Positions 34,767 through 45,513 of a stretch of DNA of 64,000 nucleotides are shown here, piece by piece. The notes beneath the pieces were generated by a model. The model had not been told where the DNA came from and made no database searches. It worked only from the letters and a program-made list of their open reading frames with translations. A program made the position numbers and the translations under genes. The stretch is from Naegleria gruberi (taxonomy: Eukaryota), in assembly GCA_000004985.1 (NCBI GenBank), contig GG738920.1; one strand, written 5' to 3'. Positions within the stretch are counted from its first letter, which is position 1. Each line of letters starts with the position of its first letter.

Positions 34767-36362
34767 TCAGGGAAGGATGATGTTCTTGGATAGAGTGTAT
34801 TGAAATGTTTGCCAATTGACCTCAAGTACATTTGTAATAAAATTGACAGTTATGAGAGGACGATCAATTTTTAAAAGGAAATCACCATTGAATTTTACAT
34901 ATTCTAAGAGAAATTCCATATCATTACTCAATTCTGGTGGTAGAAAGATGATTAGTTTGGGAGAAATGAATTCAATCAATTTGAGAAGAATGTTCTTGTT
35001 TCGAATATATTCTGGTAAATCTTCATATTTAAAGTTTCTTCCATTCATATTCTTAATAACTGTTCCAATAATTTCAAAATCTGAAATGAATTCCAAAGGA
35101 ATTGCAGAGAAGGGCATTTTCCCAATCTTACAAACTTGCAAAACAAAATCTCTATTCCATTCAATGGTAACTTGTTTAAAATCCAAACCAGATTTGAGGG
35201 CCATCAGAACAAATTCATTTTCATTCTTGAAATGTGAAGGGATCATATGAAAAACAATACTTGATAATTGGAGAGCTGTCTTGATAATTTCAATGTCATT
35301 CTTTAAATTTTCAGAAGCAAATTGATAGGCACTTGGTAGATTCTTAATTGCCTCTAAAACAATTTCCCTGTCATTTCTCATGTCAGAACTCAATACTCTC
35401 AAAGCAATTCCACAATTTTTAACAAGTTCCAATACTAAATGTCTTTCAGTTTTGAATCTTTCAGGTATGTCCTCCAAAATAATTGTTTTTTCACGTATCA
35501 TTTCCATGACAAATTCATCATCCTCTCTCCAATTATATTCTGCAAATTGTAAGAGATGGTAATTTTGTTTTCCAATTTCCAAAAGAACTTGTCGATCATT
35601 TCCCCAATATTCTGGAAGTTTGTCCATTTGTTTCAATCCCTTTCCAACTCTACTTTTAATAGCTTTCAAAATGAAATCCTTGTCCCTCTTCAACTCATCA
35701 GAAATGAAATAAATTGCCGATGGATCATCCTTAATGGCAATTAAGGCCAATTCACAATCACCATGCATGTGAGGTAATATTTCAAAATAATCACCATTCC
35801 TCGAAAGCATCTTTCTCACAATTCTTCTCTCCTCTGGTTCATAAATATCCAATTCTGTCCATGCCTCACACCATAACATGTAATCGTCACGTTTCGATCC
35901 ATTCTGCTCGGCAATTCTCTGCAATTCTGAATCGAGTCTCAACTCTACACTAGCCCTCTCCAAAATATACCCAAATCCAGGTTGTGAAATGGCCAACAGA
36001 ATTGCCTCCCTATCACTCAACAAATCACTCATTGAAAGAATGTCAGCAGGTCTCTCCCTTATAACTGCCAATTTAAATTTACGATTATCCCGAATCTCTT
36101 TTGAAAATCGACTCATATGGAAATAATTCTCACGAATGTGCAGTAGGGCAAATTCCAAGCAATCATAATATTCAATCGGAATAAATCCAAGATTTTGATG
36201 CATGTTTCGTCGGAACTTTTTGATGGAATTTTGTCGAGTCGTTAATTTGTCAATGAAGGAGGAAATTAATGCATTTAAATAGAAATTGTTGCTGTTATTA
36301 TTGTATTGAAAATCGCAGAGGATGAGTTGAACAGGTTCGTGGCCCTCCTCCTCTTGTTCCAT
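34767..36362 (-). CDS. DUF4116-repeat protein (531 aa)
   Basis: Tandem ~35-aa units of the form D.E.VL.A[IV]K.NG.AL..[AS]S..L[KR]ND[KR]E (ELALIAIKDDPSAIYFISDELKRDKDFILKAIK; EIVLEAIKNLPSAYQFASENLKNDIEIIKTAL), matching the DUF4116 repeat. Confidence 0.6.
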   Translation of the reverse strand: MEQEEEGHEPVQLILCDFQYNNNSNNFYLNALISSFIDKLTTRQNSIKKFRRNMHQNLGFIPIEYYDCLEFALLHIRENYFHMSRFSKEIRDNRKFKLAVIRERPADILSMSDLLSDREAILLAISQPGFGYILERASVELRLDSELQRIAEQNGSKRDDYMLWCEAWTELDIYEPEERRIVRKMLSRNGDYFEILPHMHGDCELALIAIKDDPSAIYFISDELKRDKDFILKAIKSRVGKGLKQMDKLPEYWGNDRQVLLEIGKQNYHLLQFAEYNWREDDEFVMEMIREKTIILEDIPERFKTERHLVLELVKNCGIALRVLSSDMRNDREIVLEAIKNLPSAYQFASENLKNDIEIIKTALQLSSIVFHMIPSHFKNENEFVLMALKSGLDFKQVTIEWNRDFVLQVCKIGKMPFSAIPLEFISDFEIIGTVIKNMNGRNFKYEDLPEYIRNKNILLKLIEFISPKLIIFLPPELSNDMEFLLEYVKFNGDFLLKIDRPLITVNFITNVLEVNWQTFQYTLSKNIILP

Positions 36363-36434
36363 TTTTTTTTTGATTTTAAATAATTAAAAATATTTAAAGT
36401 TTACAATGAGTATTAAAGTCAATCAAGTCAATGA

Positions 36435-37583
36435 TCATTTTAAATATTTGGTTAACCAGTTGTCTGCATTGAGAGATAATTTCTCATACCATCTCATTTC
36501 ATCTTTCAAATGTTGCATGAAAACTTGTTCTGGTTCATGTGAAATCAATGAACAATGAAATTCCAATTTTCCACTCTTTCCAGTTTTGAATTGACCTTCT
36601 ATAAATGATACACTCCCATTTCTGAGTACAAATTCTTGTACATACTGGTCATAATCAGTATATTCCTTATTCCATAAAAGTCCATTCGGCTCTCGAGTTG
36701 TGTTAAAAGTTTCAACAGTTTCCTTAACACTTTCAAAGAATTTCTGTAACAAATTACCAGAAATTACTCTTTCCTTTTTGAGATGAGTAAGAGTTTCATT
36801 TCCATTAATAATTTCACTTCTCGGTCCAATCAATGCATCCCTCAAATAAAAATCAACAGTTACCTGATGTCTCGAATCTTTGGGATCAATAAATTGCAAT
36901 GCTAGTGGTACATTTCTAATAACATAAAAATCATGAGTCGAATAATAAAGTGGCTCTCTACTTCCCCTATGAGTATTATAACAGGTCAATAAATAGTGAA
37001 TTAATAGAATTTCATCCAATGATCGAGCACTTGTTTCCAATGGCTTGACATTGAATGAGTTTTGAGGTTTGTTCTGATATTTCAACATGATTTTACCATT
37101 CAATTTGATTCCTTGTTGTGATTTTCCACTTTTTAAAATATCTTCCCACGTTCTAGCATCCAAACCTTTCGAATTCAACACTTGATAGTAAACTTTATCT
37201 CTCTTTGGATCCCACCACCAAATCCAAATCAAAAATCCAGAAAGAATTAAGCAATAGGTCAATAAATCTCTGGAGAAATTCATTTGGAATTTACTGGATG
37301 CAATGACGGCCTCCCTTGGAACATGACTCGTATGAAATTGTCTACAGACAATTATATTATTATTAGTATTTGCATGATTAGAAATGGATGAATATTGATT
37401 TAATATCGGAATGATTTGATTATTGTTGTTAATGAGTCTTGTTGATTGCAATAATTGGATGACAAATAAAGACTTGTTTCTTGGTGCTGTTGCGAGAGAA
37501 CATGGTGTGAATTTTGTTGCTTTGACAAGTTTGAGCATTTTTTTATGATTTTTGAAATAATTTGGTGTGAACTTTAATTTCAA
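36435..37583 (-). CDS. Hypothetical protein with one predicted TM segment (382 aa), possibly organellar
   Basis: Intact ORF; basic N-terminus (MKLKFTPNYFKNHKKMLKLVKATKF), TM LTYCLILSGFLIWIWWW; no family recognised. Confidence 0.4.
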   Translation of the reverse strand: MKLKFTPNYFKNHKKMLKLVKATKFTPCSLATAPRNKSLFVIQLLQSTRLINNNNQIIPILNQYSSISNHANTNNNIIVCRQFHTSHVPREAVIASSKFQMNFSRDLLTYCLILSGFLIWIWWWDPKRDKVYYQVLNSKGLDARTWEDILKSGKSQQGIKLNGKIMLKYQNKPQNSFNVKPLETSARSLDEILLIHYLLTCYNTHRGSREPLYYSTHDFYVIRNVPLALQFIDPKDSRHQVTVDFYLRDALIGPRSEIINGNETLTHLKKERVISGNLLQKFFESVKETVETFNTTREPNGLLWNKEYTDYDQYVQEFVLRNGSVSFIEGQFKTGKSGKLEFHCSLISHEPEQVFMQHLKDEMRWYEKLSLNADNWLTKYLK

Positions 37584-37786
37584 TCAAAAACAAGAATTTG
37601 AAATTGATTGAAAATAAAAATCAATCTTGCACTGAACTTCATTGAATGTTCAATGTATTACTCCATAAACTTCCAGACTATCTCTCAACAGTTTCTTGAG
37701 ATTAAGATGTTTATTCTTTAACAGACGAAGAAGTCATCTAAAACAAGTTCACAGATGATAATAAAAATTGTTTCATTTCTTGTCTT

Positions 37787-38014
37787 TCAAATTTGCTTGG
37801 CCATTCCCTGAAGACACCTTAAAGATTCCAATTTAAATTCCTCACTTTGATATTGTTCCTTTGTTTTAATGTTAACCATATCTCCTAGACAAAGAACCAC
37901 GTCGATTTTTAATTGATTCCTTTCAAGAATTTGGTGAATTTTACTGAAATACTCGCTATGATTATGAATATCGCTGATAATCAACAAATTCAAATGTTCC
38001 AGAGGGGATGTCAT
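37787..38014 (-). pseudogene. Short ORF resembling the N-terminal motifs of a calcineurin-like metallophosphoesterase (fragment)
   Basis: LLIISDIHNH (motif I D-x-H) and VVLCLGDMVN (motif II GD) in a 75-aa ORF with no downstream continuation; the next gene starts at 37583. Likely relic or mis-split exon. Confidence 0.3.
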
Positions 38015-38148
38015 TTTTTTATTGTTTTATTGAACAATCTTGTGAATGGTTTCCAAATAATGAAATAAAATAATGAACACAAGCAATAAATTTATTGTCA
38101 ATCAATATTTAGCAATTAAGAGTTAAGGCAACAGTAAAGTTAAAAGCG

Positions 38149-38460
38149 TTTTAAGACTTATTAAACGAGAACTGTTAAATGGGTCGGTAGTGGCTGGGCG
38201 CAGGTGGAAATATCATCTNNNNNNNNNNNNNNNNNNNNNNNNNNNNNNNNNNNNNNNNNNNNNNNNNNTAACTCGAGTGAGTGTGAAAAATACCATTATT
38301 TTCTCTCTGTACCAAGCTGGTATCCATTCATTTAACAGTTCTCAATTAATAAGTCTTAAAACTTGTCTTGAAACCTAATTGAGGAATATTAAATGAATGG
38401 ATACCAGCTTGGTACAGAGAGAAAATAATGGTATTTTTCACACTCACTCGAGTTAACGAG
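38149..38460. repeat. Nested palindromic/foldback repeat array surrounding a 50-N assembly gap (38219..38268)
   Basis: 38269..38335 (taactcgagtgagtgtgaaaaataccattattttctctctgtaccaagctggtatccattcatttaa) is the exact reverse complement of 38392..38458. 38149..38185 (gttttaagacttattaaacgagaactgttaaatg) is a near-exact inverted copy of 38323..38365. Consistent with copies in alternating orientation of a ~95-bp element. Confidence 0.7.
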
Positions 38461-38468
38461 TTATTAGT

Positions 38469-39580
38469 CTAATTAGCATCATTTGAAATGATGGAACTAA
38501 TTTGACAGGTAGGTGTTGGGAATGGTTTGTGGGTATAGTTGGATTGTTTAACCCATTGCATTGATAAATTACCAGTGCAAGTGCTGGAATTTAAAATAAG
38601 AGTGTTATCTAATTCGTTGTCTTTTTGATTGTACTTTGAATATAATTGATAAAGTTGGGAATTGACTTGTAAATAGTAGATTCCTCCTTCAGATAATTCT
38701 TTAGGCTTTGAAGGCTTTTTAGGAAGTTGCTTGTGTTCTTTTAGGTATGGAATTAAATTTTTACCTTGTAGAATGTTGAGTCTGTAGACAGTACCATCGT
38801 AAGGATGGAATGTAAAATCAACTTTAGCATGTTCATTGATTTGAGTTGTTGGCTTTGAAGACCAGTAAAGAGACCATTGGACTGAAATCTCCTTATCGAG
38901 TGGTTTTTCGAACTGCACATAAATATCATTGTGCACAGCTCCACTACTCACTAAAAGAGTTTGGTTGTTATCAGTGTTAGGAGGTGGTGACATTGTCATT
39001 GGTGCACTGCTCTGTTGCTTGGTCTTCTTCTTTGGAGTAGATGAAGAAACACTCGAATGATCATCATCATCTTCACTACCAGAATCGATAGCCTTTCTCT
39101 TCAAAGTTTTGGAGGTCTTTCTGGTCTTTTGTTAATAAACTCTGGAGTCTCAACTGGTGGATGGTGTGCTTCCCCCAACACTTCAAGTGTTGTTGTGGGT
39201 TGTAGAGTAGGAACCAGTTGGAGTTGTCCATTGATGATCATAGAAAACATTAACATTGTAAGATTGATTTGTTGTTGAATTTGTTCTTGACAATAGCATA
39301 AATCAGTTGTAGGAGCAACCAACAAGCCTTGATCAACAACATTGCTGCCTTCCAAAATGTTGGAACGCTCAGCATGGACAGCAGGAGTAGAAGGTACGCT
39401 AACACCTTGATTGTCTTGATTCTTCGCATCATCCTGCGAATTGAAAATATCGTCAAATTCTTGCTGTTCTTCTTCATAAGGATACTTTGGCAAAGGAGAG
39501 GAATAAAATTCTTGGGAAAGATCCTCTCCGTATGAATTATTATCAAATAATTCTGTACCAGGGAGAGCAGGTTGGGTCAT
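38469..39580 (-). CDS. Hypothetical protein (two ORFs 39101..39580 and 38469..39104 joined by frameshift or short intron), acidic N-terminus, S/P-rich middle
   Basis: Adjacent same-strand ORFs overlapping by 4 nt; no domain recognised (FTFHPYDGTVYRLNILQGKNLIPYL block). Confidence 0.35.
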
Positions 39581-39705
39581 GGATCAAGAGATGCAGTAAG
39601 TTTGTTCAAAAAACAATCAGGGCAAAGAGCTTATTTTTTAAAAAGAAAATAATAAAATTATAAAATTTATGCAAATAACCAAAAAACAACATCAAGCGAA
39701 AAATT

Positions 39706-39795
39706 TGATGCGAGTGGGATTTGAACCCACGCCCTTGCGGAACACGGAATTTATACTCCTAAACGTGTCGTCTTAGACCACTCGACCATCGCACC
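39706..39795 (-). tRNA. tRNA-Leu (anticodon UAG), class II long variable arm, with about 10-nt intron 3' of anticodon
   Basis: Minus-strand sequence GGTGCGA-TG-GTC-GAGTGGTCTAA-GAC-G-ACACG-TTTAGG[agtataaatt]C-CGTGT-TCCGCAAGGGC-GTGGG-TTCAAAT-CCCAC-TCGCATC-A. Acceptor 7 bp with one G-U pair, GG in D-loop, TTCAAAT T-loop, 11-nt variable arm, discriminator A; anticodon loop T-T-TAG-G with an intron between 37 and 38 as in eukaryotic tRNA-Leu. Confidence 0.75.
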
Positions 39796-39841
39796 TTACA
39801 TTCATAATCCAAAAATTATACATATCCTAGTTATTAGTGAA

Positions 39842-40923
39842 TTACCTTAATACTTTATTTGGTCTTTTTGCCCAACAAAACATTGATTCCGTACCTGACC
39901 AAGCATTCCAACCTTTATGCGTTATAACATCTCTAGCCTCATCTGCTTTCTTCCAATTCAATGAAAAGAAACGTTGCTCTTCATCCTTAATTCCAATAAA
40001 ATTGCAAACTTTCCTCAAATTAGCCAACAATCTCCATACATACAATCTTCCAGGATAACCAGCACATAATTCTGATAATATCCCCAAAGGAACAAATATA
40101 ATTCCTCTCCAGTCAAATACAAATTTTGAAAAGGTGGCGACGAAACCTTTTCCAATAGAATTGAAAGGTGCATCTTTATGATTGACCATAATTGGTGGAA
40201 TGTAATCTGAGCAATGTCCCATAGATCTGAAGAATGCGTTGAACATCAAGATTGAGCTCAGCCAAAATGATTCATCATTGGAAAATTCCAAAATCCAATT
40301 TGGCAAAACTATTCGAAACAATGTCATTGACTTTGGTATTAGTATTTGTGGAATGATAAAATACCAGAGAGAAAAGAAAAAGCATGTAATGAAGAATTGG
40401 AATCGATAAATTTGATTTTTTGTCTTTGATTGTGCTTTGATATCTGGGGTTGTTTCATTATTCGAAACTATGGATATCGATAATAATTGCACTAAACACA
40501 AAATGTAATGAATCCAATATAATAAACCAGGAAATTGACGAAAACACACACTTCCATAATAATTAAAATACCATGCCCATCTATGAACAGTTCCACAACA
40601 TGTGTTTAGTTGATTTCCAATAAAAAACAATAACTTACAATGTCAAATCTATTGGAAAGGTCAGAATATGAGACCATATATTAAACAGTGTCTGATGATA
40701 AACATATCCAGTCACTGATTGCAACACAAAGTTTTTATGTCCATAATTTCTCAATGGTTGCGAAGTAAATCCATTACCTTAAAATTAGAATAGAACCTTT
40801 CAATTCTTGAATATTGGAAAGTAACTTACTTTGCCATTTAGATAAGAGAATTGGTGCACATGTAGCCAACAACATGAACAGTGAATTTATAACCAACAAC
40901 AGTGGTATCTCATAGAGCTGCAT
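39842..40923 (-). CDS. Multi-pass membrane protein 'X' copy 1 (paralog of 44384..45264), multi-exon
   Basis: Start ATG 40921-40923 (MQLYEIPLLLVINSLFMLLATCAPILLSKWQS then GTAAGT intron). Large exon 39842..40630 with ..VHRWAWYFNYYGSVCFRQFPGLLYWIHYILCLVQLLSISIVSNNE.. and HCSDYIPPIMVNH, CAGYPGRLYVW blocks shared with copy 2. Confidence 0.5.
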
Positions 40924-41097
40924 CTTTTTTTCAGAGTTTCGAATTAAACCTACTGTGGTTTGCTGTAATTTTGCGAGTAAAAGTAAATTTCACTGCATTG
41001 TTTCCAATTACAATGCAAAAAGTCAACCTGTCGTTGTTAAATGGTTAAGCTTAATCAATCTTACTATTTCCATAAAAAGGCTCTTTCCTTGTCCATA

Positions 41098-41290
41098 CAT
41101 AACACCATGAAACCTTTAAGACGGCCAACACTTGTAACTGACAGATTAGTGAACTTTTCAAGCAGTGCATCTGTCACTGCTCATTGTATCAAATTATGAG
41201 GACTCCAACAAAATATTGAAAAAATGTCAATAACCACTTCCTTTTGTTTATGAAATTCTTCATGGCTTACAATTATTATCAATAAAGCAG
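41098..41290 (+). pseudogene. Remnant of small membrane-protein gene 'Y' (copy 1): conserved promoter/5' region and first codons, then premature stop
   Basis: 41041..41150 is about 85% identical to 43330..43440 (ggttaagcttaatcaatcttactatttccataaaaaggctctttccttgtccatacataacaccatgaaacc). The ATG-TCA-ATA homolog of Y2's start reads MSITTSFCL* and terminates after 9 codons. Confidence 0.45.
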
Positions 41291-41357
41291 TCAACAACAT
41301 GATAATACTTTTAATATCATAACACGTAATTTATTATCTAGGAAAGGTGTTATAGTC

Positions 41358-42365
41358 CTAATCATACATTATTGATTTATCAACAAGGTATGTCTGTATT
41401 TCACTATCAACAAACTCTGTAGTTCTGCCATGATTTTCCTTTTCATGGAGAATATCATTCTTTGAAATAATGTTTTCAGATTGAAGATATTCAAGACACC
41501 GATCTGTATCCCATCTCTGTTTTGAATCTTTGTGGAGCATATTTGAACTCATTTCTCGTATCTTGGTTATCACTCGTTTTTGATTTTCTGAAAATGTAGA
41601 AACTGTAAGATTCCAATCTAATATTTCTGAAATAACAATTCCCAAACAATAAATATCGGTCAAAGGCGTAATATAACCAGATCCTGTTTTTTCTTTTTCT
41701 GGGGGCATCATATTTGGAGTTCCTTAATGATTTGGTTGGATTAGTAAATTGTAAATTATGAAAACATACCTGCTTTGGAATAAACCTTGTCACCAAAAAG
41801 TTCACAAATTTGATTCTCCCTATCATAAAAGTCAAATTTCTTTGCTAGTTCAAAGTCAATTAACTTGGTAAAATCATTGTAAATAACTATATTACTTCTT
41901 TTCACATCATTGTGAATATATTTAAGCATGTGAATCTTTCCCATTTCTACCAATAATTGAACAATCATTTTCACAGCTTTTTCAAAATCAACACTAACAT
42001 CTGTCAAACATTTACCTTCAAATGACATCTCAACATAAAATGCTGAAGCTTTGACATGTATCGCGCAAAGATAGATTGTTTTTTCTTTAACTTGTCAGCA
42101 GTTAAAATGCTATTTTCATCAACTTGTTGTGAGAAATTTTCAACAAGCAAATTAGTTTATCTTCGTCTGGGTGATTTTGTGCCTCGTTGAGGATATCTGA
42201 CTCATCTTCTTGTAGTACACGTATTACATACGAACCTGTATTTGGAATTTTAAATGTAACACTTCTATCAGACATTAATTGTTTGAGTTTTTCGTTCAAT
42301 TCTTTAAAGTTTTCATTGGCTCTGACCATGTTTAATTGCACCCCTCTGTATCGATTATGAGTCAT
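41358..42365 (-). pseudogene. Degenerate protein-kinase-like gene (pseudokinase or pseudogene), split over ORFs 42102..42365, 41756..42028, 41491..41835 and 41358..41711
   Basis: Kinase subdomain VIb HNDVKRSNIV (HRD changed to HND), VII IDFELAK (DFG changed to DFE), IX DIYCLGIVISEIL. Putative glycine-loop/VAIK region degenerate (TGSYVIRVLQ). Reading frame broken several times. Confidence 0.5.
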
Positions 42366-42387
42366 AAATTGAAGCTACTAAAGAAAC

Positions 42388-43017
42388 TTACGCATTTGTC
42401 TTGGTATCTCCAAAAAGATCACTCATATTACAAAGAGAGCTGAACATCCTAATTGTTAATTCCAGGTCGCTAGGCTCTTCACAACATCCCATCAATACCC
42501 TTTCTTTGAACAATAAAGGGTGAAGACACCACCTTGCATGTTGAATTTCTATTGAGTGGCAAACTTTCTTTTCAAACTTTGGGCTTTTTGATAGTAGATT
42601 TCGAATAGAAGTTTCAGAAGCATTTTCTTCTGCAACTTTGCTTAGTAAACTTTCAAATTCCTTTGCCAAAGGGGAAATAACATCGTTGTGGTTAGATACA
42701 TCGCTGGGGGTTATACGAAACAATGACAGTTTGCAAAGGAATCTGTTTTTAGACTCACACCATGCTGGAATCTGAAACGGTTTACTTTTATAGTATCCAG
42801 AAGAAATGTACATTCTCAAAAGGTGCGATTCATTTGCTTCTAGTGCAGACAAGTCATTTTGTATTTCTGCTTCAATACTGTTGTTAAAATTTGGATCGGA
42901 AGCAACTCTCTTTTTTGTTGGCGAATGTGGTGGTTCGTCCAATACTTGTTTTTTTGGTGGTTTCACTCTCAGTTTTTGTTTTCCTGTTGTTTTAAGGCTA
43001 TTTAATGAAGTGGGCAT
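42388..43017 (-). CDS. Hypothetical protein (209 aa), possibly the N-terminal regulatory part of the adjacent kinase-like gene
   Basis: Intact ORF on the same strand immediately upstream of the kinase-like ORFs; no domain recognised. Confidence 0.3.
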   Translation of the reverse strand: MPTSLNSLKTTGKQKLRVKPPKKQVLDEPPHSPTKKRVASDPNFNNSIEAEIQNDLSALEANESHLLRMYISSGYYKSKPFQIPAWCESKNRFLCKLSLFRITPSDVSNHNDVISPLAKEFESLLSKVAEENASETSIRNLLSKSPKFEKKVCHSIEIQHARWCLHPLLFKERVLMGCCEEPSDLELTIRMFSSLCNMSDLFGDTKTNA

Positions 43018-43494
43018 TTTTTTTAAACATTAAAGCTGTAGTGAAAAAGGCGCCAACCATGAGGTTACTAACATTTCTCTTTATTTTACACAATTGACAT
43101 TCGATATTCAATAAATAGAACGAGCAAAAGAAAGTTTGAACTCTGAATCGTAACAATTACACAATGTAAAGTATTAGAGTTAAACTATTTCAAATATTGA
43201 GTAATGATATCCTTAATTATCATTTATTATGCGAATTAATCTACACGTGTTGTAGCATAAACTCAAATAACGAATGGAATAAAACAGACTAAAAGGAAAT
43301 TCACTGCAAAAAATCGACATGTCATTAATACGGTTAAGCTTGATCATTCTTAATATTTCCATAAAAAGGTTCTTTCCTTGTCTATACATAACACCATGAA
43401 ACCTTTAAAACCGCCAACACTTGTAACTGACACGTTTGTGCATCTGTCACTGCTCATTGTATCAAATGAATTACTCAAGCAAAATATTGAAAAA

Positions 43495-44001
43495 ATGTCA
43501 ATAATCAAAACCTTTCCTGCCTTGTTTATGAAATTCTTCATGGCTTACACTTGGTTTGAACCTCTTTTCTGTGAAATATTCCTCGGCTTGTTGTTATTCT
43601 TCTTTCCAACAAATGAATTTGTGATCAATTCCTTTGTTCACACACCACTTTTCAATGCCATGAAAGAATCACTTCCTATTCATGATAGTTTGGCCTTTCT
43701 GATGAGATTTATTTCAATGTTATTGACCACGTTTGGATGTTTGCACTTTTTAATACTGCTAACATGCAACTATCATAGAAAAACAATTGCCCCACAGAAG
43801 AAGTGGTCTCAAAATGTTCTCTTCAATGTACTCATTGCAGTGTTATTGATTGGTGATTGTTTTCATGTGTTGTGTGTTTTAACATTGGAAGGTTCTTTGA
43901 AATCTCAAATTGTTTATCAACTTCCATTAACTATTTACTGTATAATAGTGAGGGCGATGTTTATTATCATGAATCAATTGAAATTATTGAATGATTTTTA
44001 A
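43495..44001 (+). CDS. Small multi-pass membrane protein 'Y' copy 2 (about 168 aa)
   Basis: MSIIKTFPALFMKFFMAYTWFEPLFCEIFLGLLLFFFPTNEFVINSFVHTPLFNAMKESLPIHDSLAFLMRFISMLLT.. is about 85% identical to 45514..46029. The longer ORF from 43378 includes likely 5'-UTR. Confidence 0.5.
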   Translation: MSIIKTFPALFMKFFMAYTWFEPLFCEIFLGLLLFFFPTNEFVINSFVHTPLFNAMKESLPIHDSLAFLMRFISMLLTTFGCLHFLILLTCNYHRKTIAPQKKWSQNVLFNVLIAVLLIGDCFHVLCVLTLEGSLKSQIVYQLPLTIYCIIVRAMFIIMNQLKLLNDF

Positions 44002-44383
44002 CAATTTATTCAATTATTGAATAAGTCTAAGGTGAAACTGTTTAATCTGTTTAATATTAAATTAAGTTTTGTATTGTCCATTAAGTATATTTAATAAGGA
44101 CGAAGGGCGAATGCAATTTCATTGTTTGAATGAACAATAAAGTGGGCATTTCAATCTTTGAAATTCTTATTGTTTACAATTGCCCATTCAAAAATTGGTT
44201 TTGTAATTGACCAAGAATTCCATCCCTGTCGGTTAATTAAAAATTTTGCCTTGTCAACTTGTTTCCAATTTAATGAAAAAAAGTTTGATTTTCATCTTCA
44301 ATTCCAATAAAATTACAAATTCTCCTCAAATTTGCTAACAATCTCCTATTCGAAAGTTGTCAAAAATTTGGAAATGAAATCAC

Positions 44384-45264
44384 TTACCAAACATACAATC
44401 TACCAGGATATCCAGCACATAATTCGGATAATATTCCAAGTGGTAAGAATATTAAAACTTTCCATTCGAAAGCTAATTGTAAAAATGCTGAAAATCCTTT
44501 TCCAATTGAGGTAAATGGTAAATCCACATGTTTAACCATAATTGGTGGAATATAATCGGAACAATGAGCTATTGATCGTATGGATGCATTGAGTATCAAG
44601 AAGCAGTTCAGTAAAATTGGATCATTTGAAATTCGAATTGGAAAAATTCGAAACATGATGAACGGAAGAATGAAATACCAAAACGAAAAGGCAAAGTATG
44701 TAATAAGGAACTGTAATAAATAGAAATTAAACTTTTGATAGCGGTAGATTATTAGAGAGGAATCTGTTTGCTCTTTAGTTGGTTTTTCATTATTCGAAAC
44801 TATGGATATCGATAATAATTGCACTAAACACAACATGTAATGAATCCAATATAATAAACCAGGAAATTGAGGAAACCACACACTTCCATAATAATTAAAA
44901 TACCATGCCCATCTATGAACAGTTACACAAAACACGTGTTTAGTTGAATTTCCAATAAAAAAACAATAACTTACAATGTCAAATCTATTGGAAAGGTCAG
45001 AATATGAGACCATATATTAAACAGTGTCTGATGATAGACATATCCAGTCACTGATTGCAACACAAAGTTTTTATGACCATAATTTCTCAATGGTTGCGAA
45101 GTAAATCCATTACCTATGAAAAAATTAACAATTATTCCAGTTTCGCGAAACCCCACAAAAAACTTACTTTGCCACTTGGAAATAAGAACTGGTGCACATG
45201 TCGATGACAACACGAACAATGCATTCCCAACAAACAACCAGGGAACGTTCTCTGTAAGTTGCAT
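44384..45264 (-). CDS. Multi-pass membrane protein 'X' copy 2, 2+ exons
   Basis: Start ATG 45262-45264 (MQLTENVPWLFVGNALFVLSSTCAPVLISKWQSK), intron ~45105-45165, body exon 44384..45013 with VHRWAWYFNYYGSVWFPQFPGLLYWIHYMLCLVQLLSISIVSNNE and HCSDYIPPIMVKH, CAGYPGRLYVW. Confidence 0.5.
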
Positions 45265-45513
45265 CTTTTTTTTGTTTCGTTTAATTTTCTAAACTTTTTT
45301 CCACTTGATAAAGTTGAAAGTGCACTGGCGCATTACTGATCCACCAAATTTCAATGAATATATCATGTTTCCCTTCTCTCTAGATGGTTCTTTCCATTTA
45401 CATAGGACCTCTTCGTACCGCAATTTAAAGATTAGTACTGACACGTACTTTCATAGAAATATTCAAAGTGTCAACATCATCCAACAGATGTCATCCACTG
45501 CTGAGTATTTCAC

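Noticed and set aside
38219-38268. Run of 50 N
   Set aside because: Assembly gap placeholder; only the flanking palindromic repeats are reported as biology.
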